Assembly (NCBI GenBank): GCA_034521815.1
Contig: JAXHLW010000011.1
Span: 24,312 to 88,311, forward strand
Direction: 5' to 3'
Source: Trueperaceae bacterium
Lineage (GTDB): Bacteria; Deinococcota; Deinococci; Deinococcales; Trueperaceae
Length of the DNA stretch: 64,000 nt
The notes beneath the pieces were generated by a model. That model saw only the letters and a list, made by a program, of their open reading frames with translations, was not told the origin of the DNA and made no database searches. Made by a program: the position numbers and the translations under genes. Of the stretch, positions 49,784 through 59,902 are shown one piece after another. Numbering within the stretch: the stretch's first letter is position 1; every line of letters begins with the position of its first letter.

Positions 49784-51010
49784 TCACGCCGCTCCGTGCC
49801 GCCGTCCGGGCGGCACGACCGACAGGACGGCGGCCAGCACCGCCGGCGCGGCCGCCGCTACCGTCGCCAGGGGACGTCCCAGCGACGTCGCGACGACGCC
49901 GTAGAGGACCGGGCCGACGGCGAAACCGGCCGCGATGCAGACGATCGTGGCGGTGAAGCCGGTCGTCGGCCGGCCTGGGAACACCTTCTGGCTCCACATC
50001 GCGATGAAGGCGAAGCCGGTGGTGAACGCCACGCCGAACGCCGCGGCGGACCCCAGCGCTCCAGCAGGCGTCCCCGCGAACGCCAGCAGCGAAGCGAGGG
50101 CGGCGACCAAACCCAGCCAGGTGACGGCGAGCGGCCGGCCCAAGGCGAACCGGTCCGCGATTTCGCCGCCGAACGCGCCCACCACACCCCCGCCCAGTCC
50201 GAGCGCACCCCACATGGCGGCCCCGATCCAGGTCGGAAGCCCGGCCGCCTGCGCCGCCTCGGGTGCGTAGGCGAAGTAGGCGCCGGAGGTCATCGACGCC
50301 AGCGCCGCCACCGCGAACAACCGGAGAGCCGCTGGGGCGACCAGGCCGGCCCATCCGTACCCGGCCCTGGTCGCGCGAACCGGCGCACCGGACGGGAGCA
50401 CCGCCGCGTTCACGGCGGCCGCGGCCAGGCCGACGAAGGCGAAGGCGGCCCAAGCGAGACGCCAGGAGCTCCCCGTGACGGCGACGAGCAGGCTGGCGAT
50501 CAGCAATCCGACCGGAGAGCCGGCGTTCACCAGCGCCAACGCCCGCCGTTGGCGGCCGCGCGGAACCTGCTCCGCGATGGCGTCCGAGTACGGGGCCCAC
50601 GCCCCGCCGGCACTGGTCCCGGCCAGGATCATGCCGATCGCGAACGGCGCGGTCGTCTGTGCTGTGGCGACCAGCACGGCGCCCACGGCCAGCAGGACGC
50701 AGCCGGCGACCACCGGCAGCCGCGGCCCGAAACGCGCCTCGATCACCCCGGTCGCGACGGTCGCGACCAGGTAGCCGAGCTGCGCAGCGCCGGCCACGTA
50801 GCCGATCGTGTCCAGGCCGATCGCGAACTCGGTGCGGAACCACGGTACGAACAGGCCGTACGCTTGCCGACCCAAGCCGTAGGTCGCAGCCAGGGCCAGC
50901 AAGCCGGCCAAGCCGACACGGACGGTGGACCTCTCGGGCACGGACGCTCCCGCCTGCGAGCGACGCTGAAGACCCCACGGACGCCTCGCACCGACGAGCG
51001 TACCGCGCAT
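49784..51010 (-). CDS. MFS transporter (about 408 aa; start uncertain)
   Basis: ORF 49784..51073(-), with the probable start at ATG 51010. Hydrophobic throughout: ..VRVGLAGLLALAATYGLGRQAYGLFVPWFRTEF.. Confidence 0.8.
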   Translation of the reverse strand: MRGTLVGARRPWGLQRRSQAGASVPERSTVRVGLAGLLALAATYGLGRQAYGLFVPWFRTEFAIGLDTIGYVAGAAQLGYLVATVATGVIEARFGPRLPVVAGCVLLAVGAVLVATAQTTAPFAIGMILAGTSAGGAWAPYSDAIAEQVPRGRQRRALALVNAGSPVGLLIASLLVAVTGSSWRLAWAAFAFVGLAAAAVNAAVLPSGAPVRATRAGYGWAGLVAPAALRLFAVAALASMTSGAYFAYAPEAAQAAGLPTWIGAAMWGALGLGGGVVGAFGGEIADRFALGRPLAVTWLGLVAALASLLAFAGTPAGALGSAAAFGVAFTTGFAFIAMWSQKVFPGRPTTGFTATIVCIAAGFAVGPVLYGVVATSLGRPLATVAAAAPAVLAAVLSVVPPGRRHGAA

Positions 51011-51146
51011 CGCCCGCGGGTCGGGACCGGCCCGGGTTCTGCCGGCGCTTCGGCGGCGAGGGGAACGAGGCACGCCCGGGCCGGCGACGGTGGGGGCGGT
51101 GCTTGACCTGGCGCCTCGCCGCGCCCTAGCATGGATCCACGCACGA

Positions 51147-51162
51147 GGTGAAACGTTTCACC
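51147..51162. promoter_or_regulatory. Perfect 16-bp palindrome resembling a LacI/RbsR/CcpA-family operator
   Basis: ggTGAAACGTTTCAcc, about 85 nt upstream of the LacI-family gene start. The core TGAAACGTTTCA fits the TGnAANCGnTTnCA-type operator consensus of the LacI family. Confidence 0.6.
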
Positions 51163-51245
51163 GTCGACGCCGTCGGCTCCTTGACGCGACGCTCGGCGGC
51201 GAGGCTCGGTGGCGAGGCTCGGACCGTGTCCAAGGAGGACCCAAG

Positions 51246-52259
51246 GTGGCCAAGCTCGAGGACGTGGCACGCGAAGCCGGCGTATCGATCGCCAGCGCCT
51301 CGTACGCGCTCAGCGGCGGCAAGCCGGTGAGCGCGGCACTCAGGCGCCGCGTGCTGGACGCGGCGACGCGCGTCGGCTACGTCCCGCACCGCCAGGCCCG
51401 CACCCTCCGGACCGGTCGTAGCCAGACGTTCGGCGTCGTGCTCCCCGACCTCGTCAACCCGTTCTTCACGGCGCTCCTGCAGGCGATCGAGCGGGCGGCA
51501 CGCGAAAGCGGCTACGGCACGCTGGTCGCCGGTGGGGGCGGTGACGGCGCCTCCGAAGCGGCGGCGCTGGACCTGCTGGCCGAACACCGCGTCGACGGGC
51601 TGGTGTGGGTTCCCGCCGGCGACCCTGGCGCGATCCCGCAGGTTCCCACCGTCACCGTCGACCGCGCCGCCCCCGACTGCGACGGGGTCGCTGCCGATCA
51701 CGACGAGGCCGGCCGGCTGGTGGCCCGCCATCTCAGAGGCGCCGGTCGGCGCCGTCCCGTGGTGCTGCACGGGCCCTCGGACGTTCCCACCGCACGGGCC
51801 CGGTCCCGAGGCTTCCGGGACGCCTGGACAGGCGAGATCGCCTTCGAGGCCGAGGTGCCGTTCGACCATCGCATTCCTGCCGCCGTGGTCCGCCGGCTGG
51901 CCGACGCCGAAGCCGACTACGACGCCGTGGCGTGCGCGAACGACGCGGTCGCCCTCGGCGTGCTCCGGACCCTTCAACGCAGCGGCCGGCGCGTGCCGAC
52001 GCAGGTGGCCGTCGTCGGCGTGGACGACATCGCCTTCGCCGAGCTGGCCGAGCCGCCGCTGACGACCGTACGGCAGCCGGTCGATGCGCTCGGCGCCGAA
52101 GCGGTCCGCCTGCTGACCGACCGCCTGGCCGGCGTCGGCGGGCCGGCGCGCCGCGTGACGCTGCCGGTACGGCTGGTGGTCCGCGCCTCCAGCCCGGCGT
52201 CGCCCGCCGGGGCGGCCAGGACCGACGGCGGGCCCGGCGCCCGGTGGGCCGCACGATGA
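51246..52259 (+). CDS. LacI-family transcriptional regulator (likely ribose operon repressor, 337 aa)
   Basis: GTG 51246 with AAGGAGGA upstream, within ORF 51090..52259(+). HTH VAKLEDVAREAGVSIASASYALSGG and a periplasmic-binding-fold body. ATGA overlap with rbsK. Confidence 0.88.
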   Translation: MAKLEDVAREAGVSIASASYALSGGKPVSAALRRRVLDAATRVGYVPHRQARTLRTGRSQTFGVVLPDLVNPFFTALLQAIERAARESGYGTLVAGGGGDGASEAAALDLLAEHRVDGLVWVPAGDPGAIPQVPTVTVDRAAPDCDGVAADHDEAGRLVARHLRGAGRRRPVVLHGPSDVPTARARSRGFRDAWTGEIAFEAEVPFDHRIPAAVVRRLADAEADYDAVACANDAVALGVLRTLQRSGRRVPTQVAVVGVDDIAFAELAEPPLTTVRQPVDALGAEAVRLLTDRLAGVGGPARRVTLPVRLVVRASSPASPAGAARTDGGPGARWAAR

Positions 52260-53164
52260 TCGTCGTGATCGGCAGCCTGAACCTCGATCTCGTGGCGCGG
52301 GTGTCGCGGATGCCGGAGCCGGGCGAGACGGTTCTGGCGCTCGGCTACGACGAGCACGCGGGAGGCAAGGGCGCCAACCAGGCGGTCGCGGCGGCACGCA
52401 GCGGAGGGCGCGTCGCGATGGTGGGCCGCATCGGCCGCGACGAGGCCGGACGACGGCTGCGAGCCGGCCTGGAGGCCGACGGCGTCGACGTCGCCGAGGT
52501 GCGCGAGGTCGACGCGCCCACGGGACGGGCCCTGATCGAGGTGGACGAGAGCGGGCAGAACCGGATCGTCGTGGTCGCGGGCGCGAACGCCGCGTGGGGA
52601 CCGGACGACCTGCCGAGCGCGGCGCTCGACGGCGCCGACCTGATCGTCCTGCAGCGCGAGGTGCCGGACGCCGTCGTCGCCGCCGCCGTTCGCCGCGGGT
52701 CGGCGGCGGGCGCGACGGTGGTGCTCAACCTGGCGCCGGCGGGCGAGGTCGCGGCCGAGGTGCTCGCCGAGGTCGGCGTGCTGATCGTGAACGAGAGCGA
52801 GGCGGGGCACCTTCTGGGCGCCGCCGCCAAGACCGTCGCGGCAGGGCCGGTCGCCGCGGCGGAGCGTCTCGCGGAGCGCTTCGGAGGCGACGTCGTGATC
52901 ACGCTCGGCGCGGACGGCGCCGTGCACGCCGGACGGTCCGGGACCGGCACGGTCGCCGGTCTTCCGGTGCGGGTCGTCGATACGACCGGTGCCGGCGACG
53001 CCTTCGTGGGGGCGCTCGCGGCTCGCCTGGACGACGGGGCTGCGCTGGCCGACGCGGTGCGGTTCGGCTGCGCGGCCGGCGCCCAGGCGACCACGCGGGC
53101 AGGCGCCCAGTCGTCGCTGCCGACCCGCGACGAGATCCGGGCTCGCTTGGGAGAGGACGACTGA
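52256..53164 (+). CDS. rbsK: Ribokinase (302 aa)
   Basis: In-frame ATG 52256 of ORF 51605..53164(+). MIVVIGSLNLDLV..HAGGKGANQAVAAAR..VVDTTGAGDAFVGALA. Confidence 0.9.
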   Translation: MIVVIGSLNLDLVARVSRMPEPGETVLALGYDEHAGGKGANQAVAAARSGGRVAMVGRIGRDEAGRRLRAGLEADGVDVAEVREVDAPTGRALIEVDESGQNRIVVVAGANAAWGPDDLPSAALDGADLIVLQREVPDAVVAAAVRRGSAAGATVVLNLAPAGEVAAEVLAEVGVLIVNESEAGHLLGAAAKTVAAGPVAAAERLAERFGGDVVITLGADGAVHAGRSGTGTVAGLPVRVVDTTGAGDAFVGALAARLDDGAALADAVRFGCAAGAQATTRAGAQSSLPTRDEIRARLGEDD

Positions 53165-54609
53165 TGCTCGCGATGCACGACATCGTGGGGCGCTTCGGCG
53201 GCGTGCTGGCCCTGAGCGGGGTCGACTTCGAGCTTCGTCAGGGCGAGGTCCACGCGCTGGTCGGCGAGAACGGGGCGGGCAAGTCGACGCTGATGAAGAT
53301 CCTCTCCGGCGTTCAGCCCCCCAGCGAGGGCCGGATCGTCCTCGACGACCGACCGGTCGCCTTCCGCGGCGTCCACGACGCCCAGGCAGCGGGTCTGGCG
53401 ATGGTCTACCAGGAGCTGGCGCTCGTCCCCCACCTCACCGTGGCCGAGAATCTGTTCCTCGGCCGCCTCTCGCCTTGGGTCCGACACCGCGATCTGGCGA
53501 AACGAGCGAGAGGGCTGCTCGCGGAGGCGGAGCTCGACCTCGATCCGACCAGGCCCGTCTCGTCGCTGCCGATCGGCGAGCAGCAGCTGGTCGAGATCGC
53601 CAAGGCCCTCGGACGACGAAGCCGCGTGCTGATCCTCGACGAGCCCACCGCCGCGCTGTCGTCGCAGGAGACCGACCGACTGTTCAAGATCCTGAGGCGG
53701 CTGAGGGAGGGCGGGACCAGCATCGTCTACATCTCGCACCGGCTGGAGGAGATCTTCGCCATCGCCGACCGCGTCACGGTGCTCCGGGACGGAGCACGGG
53801 TCGCCACGCACGACGTCGCCGAGGTGGACGCCGATCGGATCGTCACGGACATGGTCGGCCGCGAGGTGGCGCGTTTCCACCGCGACGGCACGCGACGGGA
53901 CGCCGTGCGGGCGCGGTTCTCGTACCACGCGCCGGGCCTGGACGCCGGCGAGCTGGTGCTGCACGAGGGCGAGATCGTGGGAGCGGCCGGCGTGACCGGC
54001 TCGGGCCGCAGCCGTCTCTGTCGCACGCTCTTCGGCGCCGACGGCGAGGCCACGCTGGACGGAGCGCAGGTCCGCTCGCCGCGGAACGCGCTGGATCGCG
54101 GCGTGGCCTACGTGCCCGAGGACCGCAAGGGCGAGGGCCTGTCGCTGATCGCCAGCGTCGAGGCGAACCTCGGTCACGCCATCCTGCCGACCCTCGCGCG
54201 CGTCGGCGTGATGCGCCCCGGCGCCGAGCGTGCCAACGCACGGACCTGGATCGAGCGGCTCGGCATTCGCCCGCCCGAGCCGGCGAAGGAGGTCGGCACC
54301 CTGTCCGGCGGCAATCAGCAGAAGGTCGTCGTCGGCAAGGGACTCGCGTCGGGACCGCGCGTGCTGCTGATGGACGAGCCGACGCGCGGCGTCGACGTCG
54401 GCGCGCGCGGCGAGCTGTACGAGGTCCTCGACGAGCTCGCCCGCGAGGGGCTGTCGCTGGTGCTGGCCTCGAGCGACACCGACGAGCTGATCCAGATCTG
54501 CGACCGCATCCTGGTGTTCAGGCACGGTACGGTCGCCGTCACCCTGCACGCTCCCTTCGACCGCGAGGAGGTGGTCGCCCATGTCACCGGCGCGCGCATC
54601 GTGGCGTGA
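53164..54609 (+). CDS. rbsA: Ribose/sugar ABC transporter ATP-binding protein (two ABC cassettes, 481 aa)
   Basis: ATG 53164 (TGATG junction) in ORF 52594..54609(+). GENGAGKSTLMKIL, ..LPIGEQQLVEIAKAL..LILDEPTAAL, and a second cassette LSGGNQQKVVVGKGL..LLMDEPTRGVD. Confidence 0.9.
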   Translation: MLAMHDIVGRFGGVLALSGVDFELRQGEVHALVGENGAGKSTLMKILSGVQPPSEGRIVLDDRPVAFRGVHDAQAAGLAMVYQELALVPHLTVAENLFLGRLSPWVRHRDLAKRARGLLAEAELDLDPTRPVSSLPIGEQQLVEIAKALGRRSRVLILDEPTAALSSQETDRLFKILRRLREGGTSIVYISHRLEEIFAIADRVTVLRDGARVATHDVAEVDADRIVTDMVGREVARFHRDGTRRDAVRARFSYHAPGLDAGELVLHEGEIVGAAGVTGSGRSRLCRTLFGADGEATLDGAQVRSPRNALDRGVAYVPEDRKGEGLSLIASVEANLGHAILPTLARVGVMRPGAERANARTWIERLGIRPPEPAKEVGTLSGGNQQKVVVGKGLASGPRVLLMDEPTRGVDVGARGELYEVLDELAREGLSLVLASSDTDELIQICDRILVFRHGTVAVTLHAPFDREEVVAHVTGARIVA

Positions 54610-55531
54610 GTGGCTGGCCCGTTTCGGGCTGGTCCTCGCGCTGCTCGCCCTGATCGCAGTGCTGTCGTTGCTGTCCGACCGCTTCATGTCGGTCCCCAAT
54701 TTGCTCAACGTGCTGCGCCAGATCGCCATCAACGCCCTGATCGCGTTCGGGATGACCACCGTGATCCTCGGGCGCGGCATCGATCTGTCGGTGGGGTCGC
54801 TGCTGGCCTTCGTCGGCGTGGTCACCGCCACGCTGGCGGTGCAGGGCGTGCCCGCCTGGCTGGCGATCGTGGCCGGTCTGGCGGTGGGAACGGGCCTGGG
54901 CGCCATCAACGGCGCGTTCGTGGCCTACGCCGGGATCGCCCCGTTCATCGTGACGTTGGCCGGATTGACGATCTTCCGCGGCATGGCTCTCGCCTTCACC
55001 GACGGGCGACCCGTCACCGGTCTGCCGCCGCTGTTCTCGGGCATCGGCTACGGCACCTTCCTGGGCCTGCCGATGCCGGTCTGGATCATGCTGGCGTTCT
55101 TGTTCCTCACCCATTTCCTGCTGCGGAACACGGCGCTCGGTCGCGCGATCTACGCGATCGGCGGCAACGAAGAAGCCGCCCGCCTCGCCGGCATCCCCGT
55201 TCGGCGGGTGACGGCGTTCACCTACGCGTTCAGCGGGTTCGCGGCCGCCCTCGCGGCCGTCGTGCTGACCGGTCGCCTCAACTCGGCCCAGCCCACCGCC
55301 GGCGTGATGTTCGAGCTCGACGCCATCGCGGCCGTCGTGGTCGGCGGCACCTCGCTGTTCGGAGGTCGGGGCGGGGTGTTCGGCACGTTGGTCGGTGCGC
55401 TGATCATCGGCGTGATCAACAACGGCATGAACCTCCTGAACGTTCCGAGCTTCTACCAGCAGATCGTGAAGGGAGGTGTGATCCTGGCCGCGCTGCTCAT
55501 CGACCGAGCTTTGACCGCCCGCCGAACCTGA
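54581..55531 (+). CDS. rbsC: Ribose ABC transporter permease (316 aa)
   Basis: Intact ORF. ..NLLNVLRQIAINALIAFGMTTVILGRGIDLSVGS..AIYAIGGNEEAARLAGIPV..TSLFGGRGGVFGTLVGALIIGVINNGMNLL. Confidence 0.9.
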   Translation: MSPARASWREWLARFGLVLALLALIAVLSLLSDRFMSVPNLLNVLRQIAINALIAFGMTTVILGRGIDLSVGSLLAFVGVVTATLAVQGVPAWLAIVAGLAVGTGLGAINGAFVAYAGIAPFIVTLAGLTIFRGMALAFTDGRPVTGLPPLFSGIGYGTFLGLPMPVWIMLAFLFLTHFLLRNTALGRAIYAIGGNEEAARLAGIPVRRVTAFTYAFSGFAAALAAVVLTGRLNSAQPTAGVMFELDAIAAVVVGGTSLFGGRGGVFGTLVGALIIGVINNGMNLLNVPSFYQQIVKGGVILAALLIDRALTARRT

Positions 55532-55575
55532 ACGCTCGCCTCGGGCGCCGACCGGTGCCCGGAAACGGAGATTCC

Positions 55576-56466
55576 ATGCGACGCATCGCACTCGTTTTGG
55601 CCGCCACCCTGCTCGGCGCCGCCCTGGCGCAAGGCACCGTGGGGCTGTCCCTCTCCACCCTGAACAACCCGTTCTTCGTGACCCTGCGCGACGGCGCCCA
55701 GGCGGCCGCCGACGACGCCGGCCTGAACCTGCTCGTGACCGACGCGCAGGACAGCGTGAGCACCCAGGTCTCCGACATCGAGGACCTGATCATTCGCGGC
55801 GTGGACGTGCTGATCATCAACGCGACCGACGCTGCGGCCGTCGTCCCCGCGGTCATGCAGGCCAATCAGGCCGGCATTCCCGTCATCGCGGTCGACCGTG
55901 GCATCGACGGTGGCGAGCTCGCCTACTACGTCGCGTCCGACAACGCCGCCGGCGGCCGGGCCGCAGCGGAGCACATCTGCGAGGCCCTCGGCGGCGAAGG
56001 CGACGTCGTCGAGCTCGAGGGGATCCCCGGAACGACCGCCGCACGCGCCCGCGGCGCCGGGTTCAACGCCTACCTGAGCGAATCGTGCGCCGGTCTGACG
56101 GTCGTGGCCCGCCAGACCGCCAACTTCAACCGCGCCGAGGGCCTGAGCGTGATGGAGAACATCCTGGTCGCCCAGCCCGAGATCGACGCCGTCTTCGCCC
56201 ACAACGACGAGATGGCGCTGGGCGCCTTGCAGGCGATCCAAGCGAGCGGCCGCGACATCATGGTCGTCGGGTTCGACGCGACCGACGACGCGCGGGCCTC
56301 GGTCGAGGCGTGCGAGATGGAGGCCACCGTCGCCCAGCTGCCTGACCAACTCGGGGCGACCGCCGTCGAGCTGGCGGCCGACCTGATCGCCGGTGAGGCG
56401 GCGCCCGCCGAGGTCGAGAACGTGGCGGTCGCGCTCGAGCTGGTCACCGAGCCGGCCTGCGACTGA
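55576..56466 (+). CDS. rbsB: Ribose ABC transporter substrate-binding protein (296 aa)
   Basis: ATG 55576 in ORF 54610..56466(+). Signal MRRIALVLAATLLGAALAQG, then ..VGLSLSTLNNPFFVTLRDGA..IPVIAVDRGI..VFAHNDEMALGALQAI. Confidence 0.88.
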   Translation: MRRIALVLAATLLGAALAQGTVGLSLSTLNNPFFVTLRDGAQAAADDAGLNLLVTDAQDSVSTQVSDIEDLIIRGVDVLIINATDAAAVVPAVMQANQAGIPVIAVDRGIDGGELAYYVASDNAAGGRAAAEHICEALGGEGDVVELEGIPGTTAARARGAGFNAYLSESCAGLTVVARQTANFNRAEGLSVMENILVAQPEIDAVFAHNDEMALGALQAIQASGRDIMVVGFDATDDARASVEACEMEATVAQLPDQLGATAVELAADLIAGEAAPAEVENVAVALELVTEPACD

Positions 56467-56473
56467 CGTCGCG

Positions 56474-56872
56474 ATGAAGGCCGCCGGTCTGCTGCACGCC
56501 GAGCTGTCGCGGATCGTCGCGTCGCTCGGGCATGGCGACACGGTGGTGATCGCCGACGCCGGCCTGCCGGTCCCCTCGGGCGTGCCGGTCGTCGACCTCG
56601 CGGTCGCCCCCGGCGTGCCGTCGCATCTCGCGGTGCTGCGCGCCGTGCTCGGCGAGCTGGTCGTCGAGCGCGGCCTGGCCAACGCCGAACAGTCGACGGT
56701 CGTGCCCGAGGCGGCTGCGGCCCTGGATGCCGCCTGGCCGGACGACGTGCCTCTGGAGCGCATCGATCACGAGACGCTGAAGCTGCGCTCCCGCTCGGCC
56801 CGGGCGATCGTCCGGACCGGCGAGTTCACGCCGTACGCCAACGTGATCGTGGTGGCGGGCGTGCCGTTCTGA
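56474..56872 (+). CDS. rbsD: D-ribose pyranase (132 aa)
   Basis: ATG 56474 in ORF 56393..56872(+). MKAAGLLHAELSRIVASLGHGDTVVIADAGLPVP..TGEFTPYANVIVVAGVPF. Confidence 0.88.
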   Translation: MKAAGLLHAELSRIVASLGHGDTVVIADAGLPVPSGVPVVDLAVAPGVPSHLAVLRAVLGELVVERGLANAEQSTVVPEAAAALDAAWPDDVPLERIDHETLKLRSRSARAIVRTGEFTPYANVIVVAGVPF

Positions 56873-56923
56873 CCTTGCGTCGCACGCGCTGCGCCGCGCG
56901 CCCTGCCCACCTGCACGTCCATG

Positions 56924-56948
56924 CTCCCCGGCGAGGCTCGCCGGGGAG
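56924..56948. terminator. GC-rich hairpin between the convergent rbsD and cupin genes
   Basis: ctccccggcgag-g-ctcgccggggag (about 10 bp of usable stem), followed by ccgatctcttgg on the plus strand. Confidence 0.5.
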
Positions 56949-57043
56949 CCGATCTCTTGGCGCATCGGAACGACCGCGACCACCGTGGTCTCGCGAACAG
57001 GCGGTAGGCGCTCGCTCGGAGCGGCGTTCCACGCGCCTCGACC

Positions 57044-57466
57044 TCAGTGGTCTTCGGCCGCGTCTCCTTCCGCCTTCGTGGCGTGAACGGTGCCGTGCGG
57101 ATGCTCGGGTGGCGCGTAGATCGAGTAGATCTTCAGGGGCTCGTCGCCGACGTTGGTGATGTTGTGCCACTTTCCGGCCGGGACGAGCACGACCCAGTCG
57201 TCCCCGATCTCCTGATCGAAGTCGAGGTCGTCCTCGGCGTCGCCCATCTGGACGCGACCTTTGCCCTCCTCGATGCGGAGGAACTGGTCGATCTCCTGGT
57301 GCACTTCGAGGCCGATCTCGCCGCCCACGGGAATGCTCATGAGCGTCAGCTGGAGGTTCGTGCCGGTCCACAGCGCCGTACGGTAGTTCGGGTTCTCGAC
57401 CGTGGCCGTCTCGATGTTGACCGTGTAGGGGCTGGGCCCGTGATCCTTGAGCTGGACGTCCGCCAT
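57044..57466 (-). CDS. Cupin-domain protein (140 aa)
   Basis: ORF 57044..57523(-), start ATG 57466 with AAGGAGGAG upstream. ..LTLMSIPVGGEIGLEVHQEIDQFLRIEEGKG..VLVPAGKWHNITNVGDEPLKIYSIYAPPEH. Confidence 0.85.
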   Translation of the reverse strand: MADVQLKDHGPSPYTVNIETATVENPNYRTALWTGTNLQLTLMSIPVGGEIGLEVHQEIDQFLRIEEGKGRVQMGDAEDDLDFDQEIGDDWVVLVPAGKWHNITNVGDEPLKIYSIYAPPEHPHGTVHATKAEGDAAEDH

Positions 57467-57602
57467 GGCTCCTCCTTGGAATGAAACGTTGGCGGCCCGC
57501 TCCCCCTTCGGTTCGGACTTCATTGTAGCGCGCGACGGATGCGCCCTTGCCCTCGGACTGGGGGACGTTCGCCTCTGATCTCGGAGCCGGCATGCTGGTG
57601 CA

Positions 57603-59895
57603 ATGTTTCACATGAGTCGTTCCGCACTTCTTACCCCCACCCCCGACGTCCCCGTCGACCCGCCCTCGGGACTCGACGCCTGGCGCGGCTTCGCCCCCGG
57701 TCCCTGGACCGAGGGCATCCACGTTCGAGACTTCATTCAGCGCAACTACGCCGTCTACGAGGGCGACGCCGCCTTCCTGGCGCCCGCCACCGAACGCACC
57801 CGCGCCCTGTGGAAGCGCCTCGGCCTGCTGTTCGAAGAGGAGCGCCGCCGCGGCGTCCTCGACGTGTCGCAGGTGCCCAGCAGCATCACCGCGCACCAGC
57901 CCGGCTACATCGACCGGGACGCCGAGCTGATCACCGGCCTGCAGACCGACGCGCCGCTCAAACGTGCCATCTTCCCCAACGGCGGCTTCCGCATGGTCGA
58001 GGCGGGCCTCACCGCCTACGGCTACGAGGTCGATCCCGGTCCTCCGCGAGATCTTCACCAAGTACCGCAAATCGCACAACGACGGCGTCTTCGACGCCTA
58101 CACGCCCGAGATCCTGGCGGCGCGCCGCTCCGGCATCGTCACCGGCCTGCCCGACGCCTACGGCCGCGGCCGCATCATCGGCGACTACCGGCGCGTGCCG
58201 CTCTACGGCGTCGACCGTCTGATCGAGGCGAAGAAGGCCGAGAAGGCCGGCCTCGACGGGGTCCCCGCCAGCGACGCCGTGATCCGCGACCGCGAGGAGC
58301 TGTCCGAGCAGATCCGCGCGCTGAAGGAGCTCGAGGAGATGGCCGCCGGCTACGGCTACGACCTCTCCGGTCCGGCCACCACGGCGCGCGAGGCGATCCA
58401 GTGGCTCTACTTCGCGTACCTGGCCGCCGTCAAGGAACAGAACGGCGCGGCGATGTCGCTGGGCCGCACCTCGACCTTCCTGGACGTCTACCTGCAGCGC
58501 GACATCGAGGCGGGCCTCCTCACCGAAACAGGGGCGCAGGAGCTGATCGACGACTTCGTGATCAAGCTGCGCATCGTGCGCTTCCTGCGCACCAAGGAGT
58601 ACGACGCCCTGTTCTCGGGCGACCCGACCTGGGTCACCGAGGTGATCGGCGGCGTGGGCCTGGACGGACGGCCGCTGGTGACCAAGACCAGCTTCCGCTT
58701 CCTGAACACGCTGCGCACCCTGGGTCCGGCGCCCGAGCCCAACCTGACGGTGTTCTGGTCGCCCGCGCTGCCGGACGGCTTCAAGCGCTTCTGCGCCGAG
58801 CTCTCGATCGAGACCAGCTCCATCCAGTACGAGAGCGACGAGCTGATGCGCCCCAGCTACGGCGACGACACCGGCATCGCGTGCTGCGTCTCGGCCATGG
58901 AGCTGGGCAAGCAGATGCAGTTCTTCGGCGCGCGGGTCAACCTGGCCAAGTGCCTCCTCTACGCCCTCAACGGCGGCCGCGACGAGATCACCGGCGACCA
59001 GGTCGGCCCCGCGATGGAGCCGCTGCAGGGCGACGTGCTGGACGCGAGCGAGGTGCGTGAGCGCTTCGACCGCATGATGGACTGGCTGGCGGACGTGTAC
59101 GTCGGCGCCATGAACGTCATCCACTACATGCACGACAAGTACGCCTACGAGCGGATCGAGATGGCGCTTCACGACTACGATCCCAAGCGCACGATGGCGT
59201 TCGGCGTGGCCGGCCTGTCGGTGGTCGCCGACAGCCTCTCGGCCATCGCCAACGCCCAGGTGCGACCCATCCGGGACGAGAGCGGCCTGATCGTCGACTT
59301 CGAGACGACGGGCGACTTCCCGACCTTCGGCAACAACGACGACCGGGTCGACGCGGTCGCCTCGGACGTTCTGGCGACGTTCATGGAGAAGCTGCGCCAG
59401 CGGCCCACCTACAGGGACGCCGTCCACACGCAGTCCGTCCTGACGATCACCTCCAACGTGGTGTACGGCAAGTACACCGGCAACACGCCCGACGGCCGTC
59501 GCCGCGGCGAGCCGTTCGCGCCGGGCGCCAACCCGATGCACGGCCGCGACGAGCACGGCTTCCTGGCCTCCGCGCTGTCGGTCGCCAAGCTGCCCTACGA
59601 GCACGCCCAGGACGGCATCTCGTTCACCGCCAGCCTGGTGCCGGACGGCCTGGGCGCGACGCGCGACGAGCGGGTCACCAACCTCTCGAACGTGCTGGAC
59701 GCCTACTTCACCGAGAGCGGCTTCCACGTCAACATCAACGTCCTGGACCGCGAGACGCTGCTCGACGCGATGGACCACCCGGAGAACTACCCGCAGCTGA
59801 CGATCCGCGTCTCGGGCTACGCGGTCAACTTCGTCAAGCTGACGCGAGAGCAGCAGCTGGACGTCGTCAACCGGACGTACCACGGACGGATGTAG
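57603..59895 (+). pseudogene. pflB: Pyruvate formate-lyase (formate C-acetyltransferase, about 763 aa) with one frame break at about 58035-58039
   Basis: N-terminus in ORF 57603-59060 (..[41 protein letters not shown]). The rest is in ORF 57964-59895 ([51 protein letters not shown] glycyl-radical motif). The join needs removal of one base in gatCCCGGtc. Length is 3n+1. Confidence 0.92.
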
Positions 59896-59902
59896 TCCGG
59901 CC

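Noticed and set aside
436-54909. Many very long ORFs in the track that run antisense to, or out of frame with, the genes called here. Examples: 436-1716(+), 485-1669(-), 10645-12423(+), 12296-14434(-) upstream half, 15405-17198(+), 17102-19528(+), 20367-22262(-), 22959-24644(-), 27523-29622(+), 31226-34078(+), 43422-45368(-) upstream part, 44003-47287(+), 49130-51106(+), 52345-54909(-).
   Set aside because: Their translations are monotonous Arg/Ala/Gly/Pro/Asp strings with no motifs. That is the expected by-product of stop-codon-poor frames in ~70% GC DNA. In every case another frame at the same place gives a recognisable protein family.
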